Source: Epiperipatus broadwayi (Eukaryota; Animalia; Onychophora). Taken from it: DNA of 64,000 nucleotides. Under the pieces are notes generated by a model, which ran no database searches, was not told the DNA's origin, and worked only from the letters and a program-made list of their open reading frames with translations. This document shows, one piece after another, positions 22,870 through 37,849 of this stretch. The position numbers and the translations under genes are program-made. The stretch spans positions 7,254,001 to 7,318,000 of the forward strand of contig JAQFVV010000009.1 in NCBI GenBank assembly GCA_028023455.1, read 5' to 3'. The stretch's first letter is position 1, and each line of letters starts with the position of its first letter.

Positions 22870-24920
22870 TATGGTTATTAGTAAGTTTGAAGTCATTAAG
22901 GATTTAAGAGACCCATTTTTTGTTAATTTGAATGCTATTGTCTCTTTGATTCATTATATATTATCCATTTTCTGTCGTTGCTTTCTTCATACATTATCTT
23001 AACAATGCCAGGGTCAAAGCCATGTCCATATTTCTTTTTATCATTATAAAAACCTATATATATCTATTAAATCAGCCTTAGCTTTCTTGTATATTAATGT
23101 ATGCTGTGTCATTCTTATCACTTGTCTTTAAATTTGCCTTTGTTTCACTGTAGTATGTGTAGGGGCAATCTGCTTGGCTGCATTCTACTGCATACACAAT
23201 ATTTGATCGATCTAATTTATATATTTTATCTTAGTATTATTGATTAATCTATTTAAATTAATGAATTTTCTAAACCCAATAATAAATTGAAAGTATGCTA
23301 GCCTTTCACATGCGCAATTATAACTGAGACAGCCAATCAGATTTTAAACAGCTATCTAATAAACAATCAACATGTGATTTAGATAAATATTGTTTAAACC
23401 CAATAATGAATTTATCTGCACAGATCTTTCCACTTTTATTTCCTGCATGTGATACTTATAGTAATTGTTATCCAGTTTTTATTATTTCTAATGTTTTCAT
23501 TTCTGATGATAACATTTATTTTAAAATGCTCGATATTTGTGTGTATATCAGTTGCATTATAACTTGATATTATTATATCAGTGATATAAATCTTCATGTT
23601 CTCAATCTTGTCAGACTCGATCCAGACAGTTGTTTTGATGCAAAAATGCTTTTAAACCCCAAATTTATGCAACATTGTTACTTGAGATCTCACATTGATG
23701 CATCCTCTAATGTCAGAAAGTTTAATGATCATTTTATAATACAAAGAGTTGTAGTCCCACTTTATTTTTAAATCCAAATAGCAAATTTCTTCATCTTTAT
23801 CGATTCTTTAGTACAATTTAAACCTGATTTCATGTTGAATTCATTAAATATATACCTAATAATGTTCTGTGGTGCATTTACAAAAGCATCTTCTCGATAG
23901 CATGTGTATTTATAATAATTTTTATTTATATTTAATACTAGAAGGATTATGTCATATTCTTTGAATGCCAATCCTGTACTGCAAACAACTGTGCTAACAC
24001 TGATTGGCTAAGATTCTGCCATTTCAGATACATTACTCCTAAATGTCACCACAATATTCTTATTATAATATAATGCTATAAGATTTACTTACCCTTGTTT
24101 TCAAGTTTACAGAAGTTATTATTATAAACATATTTTGTTATTATTATTTTTGTACAATCTTGCAGTATAATACGATAAATTTTATTATTGGGTTCCAATG
24201 CAGAATTGTGAATCCTGTATATTAATGAGCAATTTCAGTATAACTACAAGCCATTCTATCAGAGCATCAAGGCCATGATTCATTTTTAAAAACTCCTGAA
24301 TTTTTAATGAAACTTTAATTAATAAATATAAATGTAATTAATAATAGCCCAATGTAATGAGCTAATGTACTGATAGTCCATTATATACTTTTTGATTTAT
24401 TGGTGAGATTATATTACTTTATACAGCTTGCTGGGATATACAATAACTTCCACTTTAATTTCCTCTACCATTGATACCAACCAAATTTATAACATTTGTA
24501 TGTTATACATGAAATCCATAGATTTTAGGATCTTGTTTAATTGCTTTTAGAGAATGAGATTTATGTGGCAGAGCTTATTTTGATGATGATGTGAGTTATC
24601 ACTCTTCAAATATTTTATTATAGTTTTGCAGATTTTATCATCAGACAATTTTCTAACTCATAATAATATTTTTATGCCACAGCTGTACATGTGGTTATCT
24701 ATTATAGATTTTATGTTTTATTCAGTTAGTTTAAATGCATGATTGTCCATCACTGTTACTTTTTTGATATTCACAGAGATAAAACTCCATACAGTAACGC
24801 CACTCAGTGCAGGCCAGAGTAATCGATGGATGTAGGAAAGTTTGTGCATAAAATCCCTATCTAATGCTTAGTCATCCAATATCATCAGACTAGTTTCTAG
24901 CTTGTGGCTTTCATCAGTGA
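22870..24920 (-). mobile_element. Decayed Penelope-like element (RT + GIY-YIG)
   Basis: Minus-strand motifs: PKIYG (~24520), YREDAFV...FNEFNMKSGLNCTKE (ORF 23768..23971; RYVDD/FTxE region) and SNIVYAVECSQADCPYTYYSETK (~23140-23215). An HHR lies at the 5' end. Confidence 0.8.
24885..24920 (-). ncRNA. PLE pLTR hammerhead
   Basis: tca-CTGATGA-aAGC cacaa GCTa-GAAA-CTAG-TC-tga. Stem III is the palindrome ACTAGT and the cleavage triplet is GUC. Confidence 0.75.
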
Positions 24921-26099
24921 GAAGCTTTGAACCTGAGAGCACTGCACCTAGATTTTAGGATCTAATGCAATCCTCCAGCTCCACCTTTTACTTTTTTTAG
25001 CTAACTAAAGCTTTGAGTCCAAAATGAAAGCACAATAATGTTTTCAAGCTAAGCTCATTAGCTTGTATAATTGTATAGATCTGAATTCAGTTCAGCATCC
25101 ATACTTTTTGGTATCTTTGGTTCTTTAATAACCACAGTTACCATAATCCTATTGGCTTGCACTGAGTGGAACTGCTGTATGGAGAGTTTTTATCTATGTG
25201 AAAAACAGCTTGTATAAGCATAAAGAATGGTGTATCATGTGATGTTGGATGGTTTAGTAATTTTCTGATAAATAGCTATAAGAGCTGTTAATGTATGATC
25301 CACAATTTAGTAGATATAAATACAATTTTGAGATGACAAAAAGAATCTCAAACTATTTGAAACTTTGTATTATTGATGTACTTAGTCTTCTGGATCAAGT
25401 TTAAAACTCTTTCTAGTGCTAAGATTATGCATTTTGCTATCTTTTTACACAATATTTTGTACCATCCTGCCCACATTATATTGATTTGACTATGCATCTA
25501 ATTATAATTTAATCAATAACTGAATAAGAATTGCATTAATTATATCTTTTTTAAAATGGAGAAGGACATTTATACAGCAAATTGCTTTAGTAAATTTATA
25601 GACTTCCACCTTAGAACATTAAACAACATATTTCTTGTACTATAGATTTAACAATATTTATGGATAATAGGGCTGCAGAAAGGAGTTTGCTATTAACTGA
25701 AAGGAGTCCTTTTTATTCCTCTTTGAGATCTTAAAAGAACTGAACAGGACAAATTCCTAATGTCAACTTCATATATGTTTGCCATTATAATTGTTTTTAC
25801 TATATATGATTATTCATATAGTATATAAACATGGATGGCTGCTTGCTGACTTTCATTGACCAGCATTATGAGTTTATTGGTTTTTTACATCTGAATTTAA
25901 GATCAGAAACCACCATGATCTTTTTTTTTCCAGTTGCCTGATAGCTCTTAATTGAAATATCATTTAAGTGTTTTGAAAAGCAAAATGAATTAGTGTGTGA
26001 GCGAAGTTTTGTTTAAATAGATATTTGCTATCATGGCAGACTAAATTATGGCCCTTATTTCCAAGAGGCTATAAATATCCATTCTACATAATTATCAAT

Positions 26100-28240
26100 T
26101 GTTTAATTACAACTCTCTGAGCTTTTATGTTTCTTTATCATTTTAATAAATAAAAAAAAAGTAAATATTGAATACGATAACTTAGAATCAGCAATATTGT
26201 TTTACCATATGTTGGAAGCCCCTGAAAATGGATTATTTAAAATATCTATCAAACTTCCAGGCAGGCATTCTACATAAGTACGGAATTGGATTATATTTTG
26301 ATTAACAGAAAATATATATTTCAAGATTGTAATGTTGGTAATAAATTCACCACTGGAAATGATCATCAGTTAGTGAGTTATAAAATAAATGTTAGTGCAA
26401 AACTAGAAAGACTAAAATTATTACGAAAAACAGTATTCACAATTGATATTCTTAATCTTTTAAAACTTTCCAATGAACTTAAATTGGAACTTGAAAATGG
26501 TTTTAACATATTTACAGATTTTGAAGATGTTTCAGATTTGAACAAAATCAATAGGAAAATAACTAATAGACTATTAACAACTGCAATGAGAATGTGGTAC
26601 AAATAAGAATCAATTGATCAGTAAAATTTCTTATGAAGAAAATAAGGAATATGATAATATATAAAAATGATCCATTGGGAAGGATTGAATATCTATAATT
26701 TTGTAAAATATGAATAATAATGATATAATAAAATAGAATTATGAATTCACAAAGAAAGCTGTTGAAGAAAATAAAAGTGTCCAAAGTATAAAGCAATATC
26801 TTAGCAGGCAACTTCTCTGCAATAAAAAGAAAAAATGGAGCTATTACTAAAATGAGAGATGATATCATGAAATGTGTTGAAGAGTTATATAAAGAATTAT
26901 ATAGCAATAAACTTAAGAAAAAATATCCCCTACAATTACTACATATTCTGAATTGTCCAGCATTTTCAATGAAGAAATGAGACATACAATTAAATCTACG
27001 AACAATAGAAAAGCTCCAGATAATGATAGTATTATAATTAATATGTTAAAAAAAAGCAGGTGAAGAAATAGAAAAATTATTGGCAAATGTCTAAATGACA
27101 ATGATATACTGGATGATAGAAAGAATGTAGTACAATACTAATATTATAATTTAAAAAGATCATGAGGAAGATATTAGAAATTACAGATCTATTAGTTTTT
27201 TATCAGTTCTATACAAAATTTTTACCCAAGGTAGATACAACTCGTCTATAGTGGACTTAGGATTTTATCAAAAGAATAAATTGGATTTAAAAGTTGTTTT
27301 AACACAGTTAATCACATTTAAGTATTGAGAGTAGAAAAGGCCAATGAATTTGAGCTGCCATTATGCTTTATATTTGTAGATTATGAAAAAGCATTTGATT
27401 CCATAAGTATTTCTTCAATGATTAAATCATTGGATTATCAAAATATAGACCCAGGATATTGCCATATTCTGAAAATATTTATCAAAATGCAACAGCAATA
27501 ATTAGATTTCATAGTGTTATTAAGATTAACATTAAGAAGGGTGTACATCAGGGTGACTCCATATCTCCAAAACTTTTTAAAGCAGTTTTACAAGAAGTAT
27601 TTTAAAGATTAAAATGGGAAGCTAAGGAGTAAAACTAAATGGAGATTATTTAAGTCATTTAGATTTTGGATATGATATTTTTTTTTTTTTATAAATAATG
27701 CTTCGGAGCTTAGAGTTATCAGAAGAAAATAAAAAAATAGGACTAAAAATAAATGCTAAAAAAACTAAAGTTATGCTTAATAGATTTTCTCAAAAGAAGA
27801 AAATAAAGATTGACACTTATTCATATGGATAGAAACATAATGGATGAAATTAATCCTAGAATTATACTTGATGGACTGCTTTTGGTAGAAATATCCTAAT
27901 ATTAAAAGGAAATATGTTTATTTCTTTGAAAGGGAAAGTTTTTAATAAAGAATTATTCAATGAAGTATTGAGAGATGTATGTTAGGTGAGAGAACAACCA
28001 GGTTTTACTGACATCATTAAAATAATTAAGAGATTGAATAGGAACTGGACTGAACATAATAGTAGATGGCCAGTTGAAATATTAAACTATTCCAAGATAA
28101 GATCTAAAAAGAGACCACATATGAAATGGATGGATGAAATAAAGAAATCTTTGCACTGTTGTGGAGAAGAGTGGCTAGAGATCAGAGAATGCGAATTAGA
28201 CTGTGAAAGACCTCCATCCTGCAATTAATCAATAATAGTT
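26100..28240 (+). mobile_element. RTE-clade LINE, decayed (APE + RT)
   Basis: Motifs DYILINRK...TGNDHQLVS, NYRSISFLSVLYKIF, FIFVDYEKAFDSI, GVHQGDSISPKLF, GLKINAKKTKVM and KRPHMKWMDEIKK, with many stops and frameshifts. It may extend 5' to ~25560. Confidence 0.9.
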
Positions 28241-28299
28241 GAAAATGATAATGATGATGGGTAATAGATATGTCGGAATGATTAGAGAAGTTCAGTTAT

Positions 28300-29330
28300 T
28301 GTTGATATTTTTATGATATTAAGACAGATTCACAATAGTAGCTAATTGGAATTGGTTAGATATTACAGAAATATTTATCTGAAATTATATGTATATGTAT
28401 AAACACAAAGACCATTATATAAAAAGCAATCTAATGAGAAGTTCATTTATTGTTAATAATGCTTTTGATAATATTAAAACAAATTCACAATAATATCTAA
28501 TTGGAATTGGTTAGATATTACAGAAATATCTGAAATTTCCATATGCATACACATAAGTACTATCAGATAAAAAGAAATCTAACTAATATACTGTCACTGT
28601 AATCAATAATTTGAAGATTAATATTTTAAAGCTAATACATTGGTTTTATATTTACATTAATCTTATAAACAGAGCAAAACTCTCCATTTTGTAAATGCCA
28701 ACAGAGTAATCAATGGATGCCAGAAGGCATTGGTTTTATATTTACATTAATCTTATAGTTTTGTAAAATCCCATTTTGTAAATCTTGCTATATTAGATAT
28801 TTCTCAGATGACAAAAAATACAATGATTTACAAAATAAATTAACTTTTAATAGGATTTTTTGATTAGGATCTATATTGTGTCAATTAAAACTATATCTTT
28901 AGAGGACTTTATTTTCAGCATGATTGTGCGAAATAAGATTTGGTCAATTTGAATCATCAAACTAGAAGAATTATATTTTATGTTAACAGGTTGATGTTCC
29001 ATAAATTGACCAAACTACCAGAACTCTTAAGTGTCATGATAAAATAATAATGTGTGTGTAATTTTATTGTTTGTCAAATGTGTCTAGAATATTTGTGTCA
29101 TTTGAAAACATGTACAGTGGATTATCTAAAAGTAAATTTTTAAGGGATCTTTTCCTCAGCATATGAATTGTGATTATGCAAAATAAGGTTTGATGAGTTT
29201 GTATGATTGACTATCAGAATTATATTTTATGTTAATAGTTTGAAAGATGTTCCATAAATTGAGAAAGCTATAAGAAATCTTAAAATTTATTCAGATAATA
29301 AATGTTTGCTTGCTTTTATTGGTATCAAGT
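28300..29330. repeat. Old short tandem duplications
   Basis: ctaattggaattggttagatattacagaaatat twice (~156 bp period), cattggttttatatttacattaatcttata twice, and a diverged ~250 bp pair at 28930/29180. Confidence 0.6.
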
Positions 29331-32300
29331 TGGTCTTTGGAGTATTTATGATATCTGCAACATATTTGGAGACAACATTACTCAAATAGCAAGAGATTGC
29401 CATGTACATTTTCATTAAGCTATCTAGTTTAAAGTCTTCAAAGATATAGGCCAATATCACATCTCTAGTTTTTTTCGACTAACATATTTATAGAGCCCTC
29501 AATTTTTCAAGATGTTTTTTTTTTTTTCAAGCAGCAATGAGCTCTATTATAAATAACTCTAAAAATTAGAATCAATTTTTTTTGGTGAAACTGCAATTAT
29601 TAATTTAAATACAAGTTTTAAAATATTGTTTTCCATAGTAAACCATTAGATTATTATTAAAGACAAAGAATTTATACAATAGTTATTTAAGTCATATATT
29701 AAATAATATATATTGCTGCAAATTTATTTTTAACTTGCTTATTTTTATTATAATTTAAAACAATAACAAACAAGACTAATTATATTCATTTAGAATTGCT
29801 AAAATTTAATTTACTGAGAACTTGTTGCTTTATGCATTGTTTCTGGTTGCACTTTAGTTAAATGAAGTTTTGTATTTTTTTTAAGAGTAAATTTGCATTT
29901 AGTTTCATTGCTTTGTCAATAAATGAGATTCTACACTGAATATTAGAAATACTATTGTAAATAGTTTAACTTTTTGCCATAAGAGGAAATAAATTATACT
30001 TTGGCATCCCAGAAATTTTAAAATCATTCTAGCTAGCTTTTATTATTACTTTGATGATTATTTTACAATTTAATTAGTTATTCATGTAAATGTTGAAATC
30101 TGTTTGAAATAGACTACCTATTCTTGTATTACATGCTCTTGTTAATCTTTAATTCTGATAATGATTTTATTTATAATTGTAGCTTTATTATTCCAAGTTT
30201 TAAAAAGCAATGTAAATTAGAAGAATTTTTGATAAACCAAATTATTTTTAAACAGAGCCACTTTGCTTATAAAATTGTTTTTTGTTTTTTTTCAATTTGA
30301 TTAAAATTAATATTGTTCTCTTAAAACTTGAGAATATTTATACTAATTTTTGTAATATTCTTGAAAAATAGCACAACCTTTTAACAAAGCAGAATTTATT
30401 TTTAGTTGTATTTCATAAGACCAAAAAAGTTTTAAAATATGTTTCTGAGAGCCTTTCTACCTTTAAATAAAATAAAAAACGTTCAAATTTTTAGCATTAT
30501 CATTGTAAGTTGGACTAAATAATCTATCTTTTAGATTAAATGATTTTATTTTATTAATAATATTAAATAAGATAAAATTAATTCAACTATTGAAAATTCA
30601 ATCTCTTCCTAAATCTGAACAAAAATTATGAGAATTTTTCAAATTTTCACACCATCACATTAAAAATAATAATATATATACAGTTTAAATATGAAATTAA
30701 AGGGAAAACATACTTAATAATTATATGAAAATTATTGAGCTTAATTGATGTGGGCACCAAGTTTTATTTTATTTATTTTTTTAAGATTTAGATCTGTAAA
30801 CTATTCATATCTCATAAATAATATATTTCCATGAAGAAAATGAAGGGACTGAAAGAACTCATTTTTAAATAAGCTGACCTGAAGTTTATTGCAAGAAAGG
30901 AATAGAAAAAAATTAATCTATATCTTAAACAAAATGTATGTTCTATACATAGGACTAAGATATATGTTGATTTAATTCTTTTTCTTTTTTTTTAATATAA
31001 CAATATCATTAATTCAAAAATTATAAAATCAAGAGTATTAGATAAATAATAATGCATCTCTAACTATATTTAATTCATTCTTAAGTCAATTACTTAGAAG
31101 TTTGGTAACTAAATATTAATAAATAATACAATATATAAAAAAAATTACTTTGGATTATTCTTATTATCAACCAATTGGGCATAGTGTGTTACTCAACCAA
31201 TAATATTGGAAAAGTGTATTTTATTTCAAAAATATTGTTTATTGCAACTTTATGGAAATAAATGCAATAATTGAAATAAATATAGCTTGTAATGTATCAC
31301 CGTTCATTTTAATTAGTGATGGACATAACCTATAATCTCATTCTATGAAATAAGCAATACAACTAATTGTGTAATAAGATAAATTTATGACTAAAAATGT
31401 TTAAGATATAATTATAAAAATTATACTTAGTTAAATATTAGATAATATTTAAATATATAACATGGTTAAAATTTGTTTTCAATTGCAACAGTGAACTGTA
31501 AAAGGATGATTTTATACAATGAAATTCAGCAGTAATTTTCCACAACAAAATGTCTTAAGTCATTGGTAGGGAGACTGGTTGATCAGTTAATTGAGAACCT
31601 ATTTATATAATTGAAAATGTGGTAAAAATAACATGTCAAGTATTATACTAGTCAAGCGTTGTTAGCCGAAAGGTCAGCACAGCTGCCTTGCAAGCAAGCA
31701 GTTGGTTGCAGATGGTTGTTGCGGATTTGCCTCCCGGCCAATGCTATGGCATATGGAAAAAAAAAAAGTATTATACTAGAAAATCAATTGCAGGAAAAAT
31801 GCATCTCAGATATTAAGAATTCTATTTCATTCATGAATGGAAGGAATTCCATCAAATGAATTAACTGATTGATTTCTATTGAACAGACTTTAGTTTAAAT
31901 CTAATGGGCAAGGTGTCATTGTAGTGATTGTCTTACTTGCAAGTATTTTTTTTTTTTAGCTCCATCTCATTCAGGCACAATAGAAAGTATCAATGGACGA
32001 GTTAGTTTTGGAATGCTAAAAATAGTGAGCCATAAATTAGCTTATATTTTATAATTAATTGGTATAATGACTTATAATATTAAAAAATATTTTACTAATG
32101 TATTATTAAGCTTTATATTTTGAATAACGTTGCTTATTATATTCTTCAAATTAACTGATAGTACATATATATTCTGAGCCACAAAAAAAGTAACATCAGC
32201 ATTGAAATAAAATATTGTTTCCATTCCCTTCCCCCAAAAGAAATGAAATAATATTTCTTTTAAACAAATTAGAGGAGCATGTGCACATCATTTTAGTTAC

Positions 32301-32906
32301 TTGAATGAATATTTAACATTTTATTTGGGAAAAATAGGCCTGTGACCAATCATTCTCCAAACGTTTGTGGATTGTTATCTCTGGGTCTGCTTGAAATAAA
32401 ATGTTCAGGAAGATCTTGTAAACTTTTGAATAGTTTAAATATGATATAGACTAAAGAAAGATTAGCAATATATTGAGATCAATATTTTTGAACAGGCTGT
32501 CATTTAAAACTTTGCATTGTTTCCAGATGATTATCACTTTCAACATAACCTTTAAATTAAATAAATATATGTATTATGATTTTATAATTACCTAATTATA
32601 TTTAGTGGGGCTACTTTTTCATCAGTCTTCCAATGTATATATATAAAACAGAGTAAATTGAAGAAAAATAAATAAATAAATGATTATTTTATTGTGTGTC
32701 TGTTTTTTATCTGTAAATAATATTAATAATAAAACAAAATTACATTATTGATGAAATTTTATGATAAAAATTTTTTTAAGAAAAATAATATCACTAATTT
32801 TTTAAAGAATTTTCCGTTTTATTGAATTTATGTCATCTGAAACTATTTATTAATGCCCCTCCCCCTATATTTACATAGTTTAATGTTTTTGATTTTTCTT
32901 TTTAAG

Positions 32907-33022
32907 CTTATAGATCTCAATTAGGTTTTCTTGAAGATGATGTTGAAGGAGACTTTTCTGCTGGTGACCATGAGCAAAAACAAACTAGAATTGGGAAAAT
33001 TACACATTATTTAAAAAATCAA
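32907..33022 (+). CDS. Host gene exon (A)YRSQLGFLEDDVEGDFSAGDHEQKQTRIGKITHYLKNQ
   Basis: tttttaag| acceptor in phase 1, matching the 19321 donor; |gtaatt donor in phase 0. An alternative acceptor at 32914 is possible. Confidence 0.8.
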
Positions 33023-36000
33023 GTAATTCTTGTTGAATATTTATAAAAAAAAACATTTTACATTTATGATATCTAAATAGATAGACAAATATGAATTAAA
33101 TGAATTAGGACAACCATACTCATTTATCAATAGCTGTTAGTAATTTATTTTTTATTTTATTAATGAATTCATGCTATAATTACAATTACAGTTCTCTAAT
33201 AAAATTATTTGGAAAATTAGTACTAATCGTACTAATTTTATTGTAAAGATAAATGGATTAATTATTTTAAACGTTAAATGTTTCATTATTCCTTATTGTT
33301 TTATGTGCATATGGATACATGTAAGATCACCGTGTACAAATGGTTTGCACATATAATTGCAATATTGTTTTGGAAAATATTTAAATATTTTGATTTTTTA
33401 AAAATAAGTCTATTATCATTTGAGAAAAAGACTGTGTGTATGGTTTTTTTTATATATGTTAATATTTCTGAAACATTAATGTAACAAGAAATCTTCCAAG
33501 GTTTTTTTTTTTTCATATTGATATGTAAGGGAAAAGCCAATGTTAAACTCTAATTAATATGAATATATTGGCATTAATGTAGTAAATTAAAAAATTTCTG
33601 ATACTTAAAACATCTGAGTTCTAACATTGTTTAATTTAATATTTGTCACAGTTCCAATTTATAACTTCATTTAAAAAAAAAAAAAACAACATTAACTGTA
33701 ACATTGTAATTGCAAGCACTAAATATATATTATCATTTAACACTAGGCTACATTTTTTATTCAATTACAATAAATGAAATGGAATTTTAATAAGTAATTA
33801 ATGATTATAATATATTTATTAAAATTTCTATTATTAAAGTTTAAGAAATATCTAAGGTATCTATTAAAGAAAACAAATTAAAAAATTCCTGCAGTCTGTC
33901 TTAGGCTTTTCAATAATCAGATACATGGATTTTTTTTTTTATTTATTAAAAGGTAATAATAAATCTTAACTTTATTACCTATATGAGAATGACATTTCTC
34001 TCACCAAGATTGATCAAATTAGAATTATATATATATATATTTAATATCAATACATTAATACTCATGAATTATCCCAGATTAATTTGATATTTTTACCATC
34101 TAATTTTAAGAATAACTAATTTCTTGCTTTAAAAAAATGATTGGATTTCTTACTGAATTATCTTTTGTCTATCTATCTAGAAGAATTTGTAGAGTTGCTT
34201 AGAAATTTTCAGTTACCTGAAATAATTTAGAAGTTCTATCCAGATTCAAAGCCCCAGCTTATTGGCATGGCAAACAGATGAACTAACTTATTGTTTTTAT
34301 ACTTGGTTATATTTTAATAAACACATTTATAATGCCATATAATTGTCTATTGTTCTTTGATTTTTATTTTGAGGTATGATATAAAAAATAGCTATCTAAT
34401 TTTCAGAGGTCTACCCAAATATGTATATGTACGTTAAAACTTTAAAAAAAAAAGGCAATAGAGAAAGAAAATTAAGAACAAGTAAAACTCTAGCAATGTA
34501 ATGTTTTTAATATATAAACATGTAAATAGTATGAATATTTTGATAATTGAAATTTGCATTAAGTAGCAAATAAAAAATTACAAAAAGAAAATATTATAAA
34601 TGGAAATGGCTTTTATTTTAATAATCTCAAATATTTGTTACTAAAATAAGATATCAAATTTGTAAATTATAGATTGAAGGATTAAACAAATTTATATTTT
34701 CAATTCATGTAAATATTCACTTGAAAAATCTTTGGAAATTTTCATTTAATAACTTACACAAAATAGTTATTGAATAATAGAAGTTAGGTGAGACAGCTTT
34801 ATAAATCAAAATATTTATTTTGTGTGTGTGTGTCTATGTTTCTAGGACATGTTGGTATGATTTTGCAAATTATCAAACAGTCAAATTTTTGTGCTAGTTA
34901 ATTAAATTATATTACTAACATTCCCAAAATACATGAATGTAATTTTATTGAATTCTTTCTATCTAACCTTAGATTAATCACAGATAATAGCAACTGAATC
35001 AATGAAATATTTCATTAAATGCAATTTGAATCTAACCTTAGATTAAACACAAGATATAACATTTAAATATCAATGAAATGCAATTTTGTTGTTCTAAGCT
35101 CAATTAAACATGCTGGCATATATTAATCTAAATAAAGTTTCAAAATAACTGAATCTTTTAAATTGTGATTTTTTTTTTGGCTTGAAATTTTAGAAAAAAC
35201 ATATAAACCATTATTTTGGTGTGTGTATGGATGCCATTATCTTCTTCCTCTGATACCGCATAATCTTCAGCCTCTAGTTATCATTTTCATTGAAATATAT
35301 GTATATAAATCACAGTTTATCCTTCTCATACACCTTATATTTAGAGACTGGATCTTATGACTAAAGTGTGCTTAAGAGTGAATGAAGTTGAAATATTAAA
35401 TAGGAAAAAAATAATTCATTCATTTATTATTATTAATAATAATAATAATATATAAATGTGACTTTAATAAAATAGAATCTGTTTCTGAGTTTAAAAAATC
35501 AATAATTTCTCATCCACCAAAGAATGTTTGTATGTGTTTATTAAAAGATGGTAATTAATGGTAAATGTACATAGGAAATACAATACTTGTTAAGTATATT
35601 GATATTATATATGTATTAAGGAAACCAAGTCATACATCATGAGACTTAATTAGCTTGTATTTACAAATGTAATATAATGAGCATGCTAATAGCTCTAAAC
35701 GAGTTTTTTTGATAAATGCCACAAGAGAAAGAATTTAAAATCTCTATCTTCTAGATATATATATATCATAGTAAAATAGTTGTTTGGGTATATTACATTC
35801 AATAATAAATAATATAAATGGGAAATAATCTAATAGTATTACATACAAATAATGGTTAACAGCAGACTACTAAGATAAACAATGAAATTGGATATCATCA
35901 GGGAAACAGAAAGAAAAGAAATGGAAGCATGCAATTTAGAGATTACACATTAAACAATGTTTTAAGCAAAATTATGTAATCAATAATACAGAAAAAAAAA

Positions 36001-36174
36001 AAGATAATGCTAAGATAAAAACAATGAAATTAGATTATTATATATTAGATAATAAAACAGTATTAGAAGTTGTAGTGGTTATTACCCATAATGAAAGTTA
36101 TTGATATCTAATAGTTTTTCAATTGTTTATTGTTAAAAATATATATTAACAATATATATATATATTTCAATTAG

Positions 36175-36282
36175 TTAGCTGAAGTTGAGGAAAATCTACA
36201 TCGGCGTTTAGAACTTCAAGATCAGCAGTGGCAGCTAATTCTGAAAAAAATGGGACTAGAGCAGCAGTTGCAAATGAAACAG
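36175..36282 (+). CDS. Host gene exon LAEVEENLHRRLELQDQQWQLILKKMGLEQQLQMKQ (coiled-coil-like)
   Basis: caattag| acceptor and CAG|gtgaat donor; 108 nt, phase 0/0. Confidence 0.85.
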
Positions 36283-36354
36283 GTGAATAATTGATTCATA
36301 ATAAAAATTCAAAAAAACAACTAATCATTATGTATTTAAAAAAATTATTTGTAG

Positions 36355-36453
36355 TTGTGTGAAGTTCTGGAAAAGAATATCGAAAATGTCAAGAATCAAC
36401 ATACATTACATTTTAAAACTTTATCTCCATTAGATAAACGGAAATGTGATAAT
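36355..36453 (+). CDS. Host gene exon LCEVLEKNIENVKNQHTLHFKTLSPLDKRKCDN
   Basis: tttgtag| acceptor and |gtaaga donor; 99 nt, phase 0/0. Confidence 0.85.
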
Positions 36454-36543
36454 GTAAGATATTCTGAAAAATTTATTTAAAGTATGTATTTAATCTGCAT
36501 TATTAATAAAATAGAATTAATTTTTTTTTACTTTAATTTTTAG

Positions 36544-36610
36544 TCTACTGTATTAGATCAACTAGACTTAGCTCGTTCTTGTCTTCCAACTCAAGCTATA
36601 CTTTTTGCAG
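36544..36610 (+). CDS. Host gene exon STVLDQLDLARSCLPTQAILFA
   Basis: tttttag| acceptor and CAG|gtaatt donor; phase 0 in, phase 1 out. Confidence 0.85.
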
Positions 36611-37849
36611 GTAATTTTTTTTTTTTAAAAAAAATTATACATTATTATTTATATTCCCACTTGGTGGTGCTTTGTGTTGATTGTATAACCACATTGTTGT
36701 GATAAAAACTTTTATCTATTGATAGCTCTATTAATTGATTTCAAAATTCCAAACATGTCAGTGGCTAAATAAAAAGAATAATGATAATGAAAAAAATACT
36801 GTGGAAAAAGAGAAATTTATTAAAATGCTTAATTGTTCTCAAATTGATAATACATTCTTATCTTTTAATTTGCTTGCTGTTTTGTGAGAGGTATCACTAT
36901 AACGAGCATAGTAAATTTATATACATTGCTCACAAAATGGACACAGTATAACATACATACATACATACATACATATTCAAGTAACCCATATATATCTAGT
37001 ATTTATTTATTTCATTTTTGGTTTATGAGATATGACTGCCATAACCATACCATTTGTTTGCAATCCTTTGCACTGTCACAAAAAATTGTAGTATTTAACA
37101 TAGATATAATACATATATTTTTAACATATATATATATATTATAATTTAATTTAAAAGTTCTATGCAAGACAACAACAAAGATAATTAATAAAAAATTAAA
37201 ATAATTTAGTTATGAAAAAGACAATGGACTAATAAATTATGAGAGAGAAAGCACACATTTACATGTATATGAACTACATTCAAAGTGCGAATGTATTCAC
37301 TTGATCGATATCTTTCTCTGTTTCAAAATAAATAAATAAATGAAAGTTACTATTCTTCATTTCTTTTGTGATCAAAATTTATGATGATAATGAAATGCAA
37401 ATATTGCAATGCCTACTCAATATTAAAATTGCAAAATTTCATACATACTTAGCAATCCTTTTTTGTATGACATTTTTGAATTTGCATTGTAAAATAGAAA
37501 ATTAAAATATCATCTAAAATGACCCAAAGAATAATTAATGGTAATAGTAATTCTATCAAAGCTAAAAAAGTTGTAAAATGGTTAATTTTTAAATTTATAC
37601 TAACTTTGAGTAAATTCAATGCTTTTAGATGCAATATGTTATTGACTACTATAACATTGATTTTTGTTTATTCCTCCATCTACAAATTCTAATATTTTGT
37701 GTTGTTATATATATATTCTATGTAAACTATAATTATCTTAAACAACCCCTATTATGCACAGCACATAAGCACATATTGATTCAATTTGATAAACCTAAAT
37801 CATATTCATAACTACTCAAGTATAACCGATTCAGTATAGCAGGTGAACA

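Noticed and set aside
31650-31750. GC-rich stretch resembling a tRNA or SINE head
   Set aside because: It is A-box-like only, with no convincing B box or cloverleaf.
31960-32025. Possible exon APSHSGTIESINGRVSFGMLKI
   Set aside because: The strong donors give phase 0, which does not fit the next exon.
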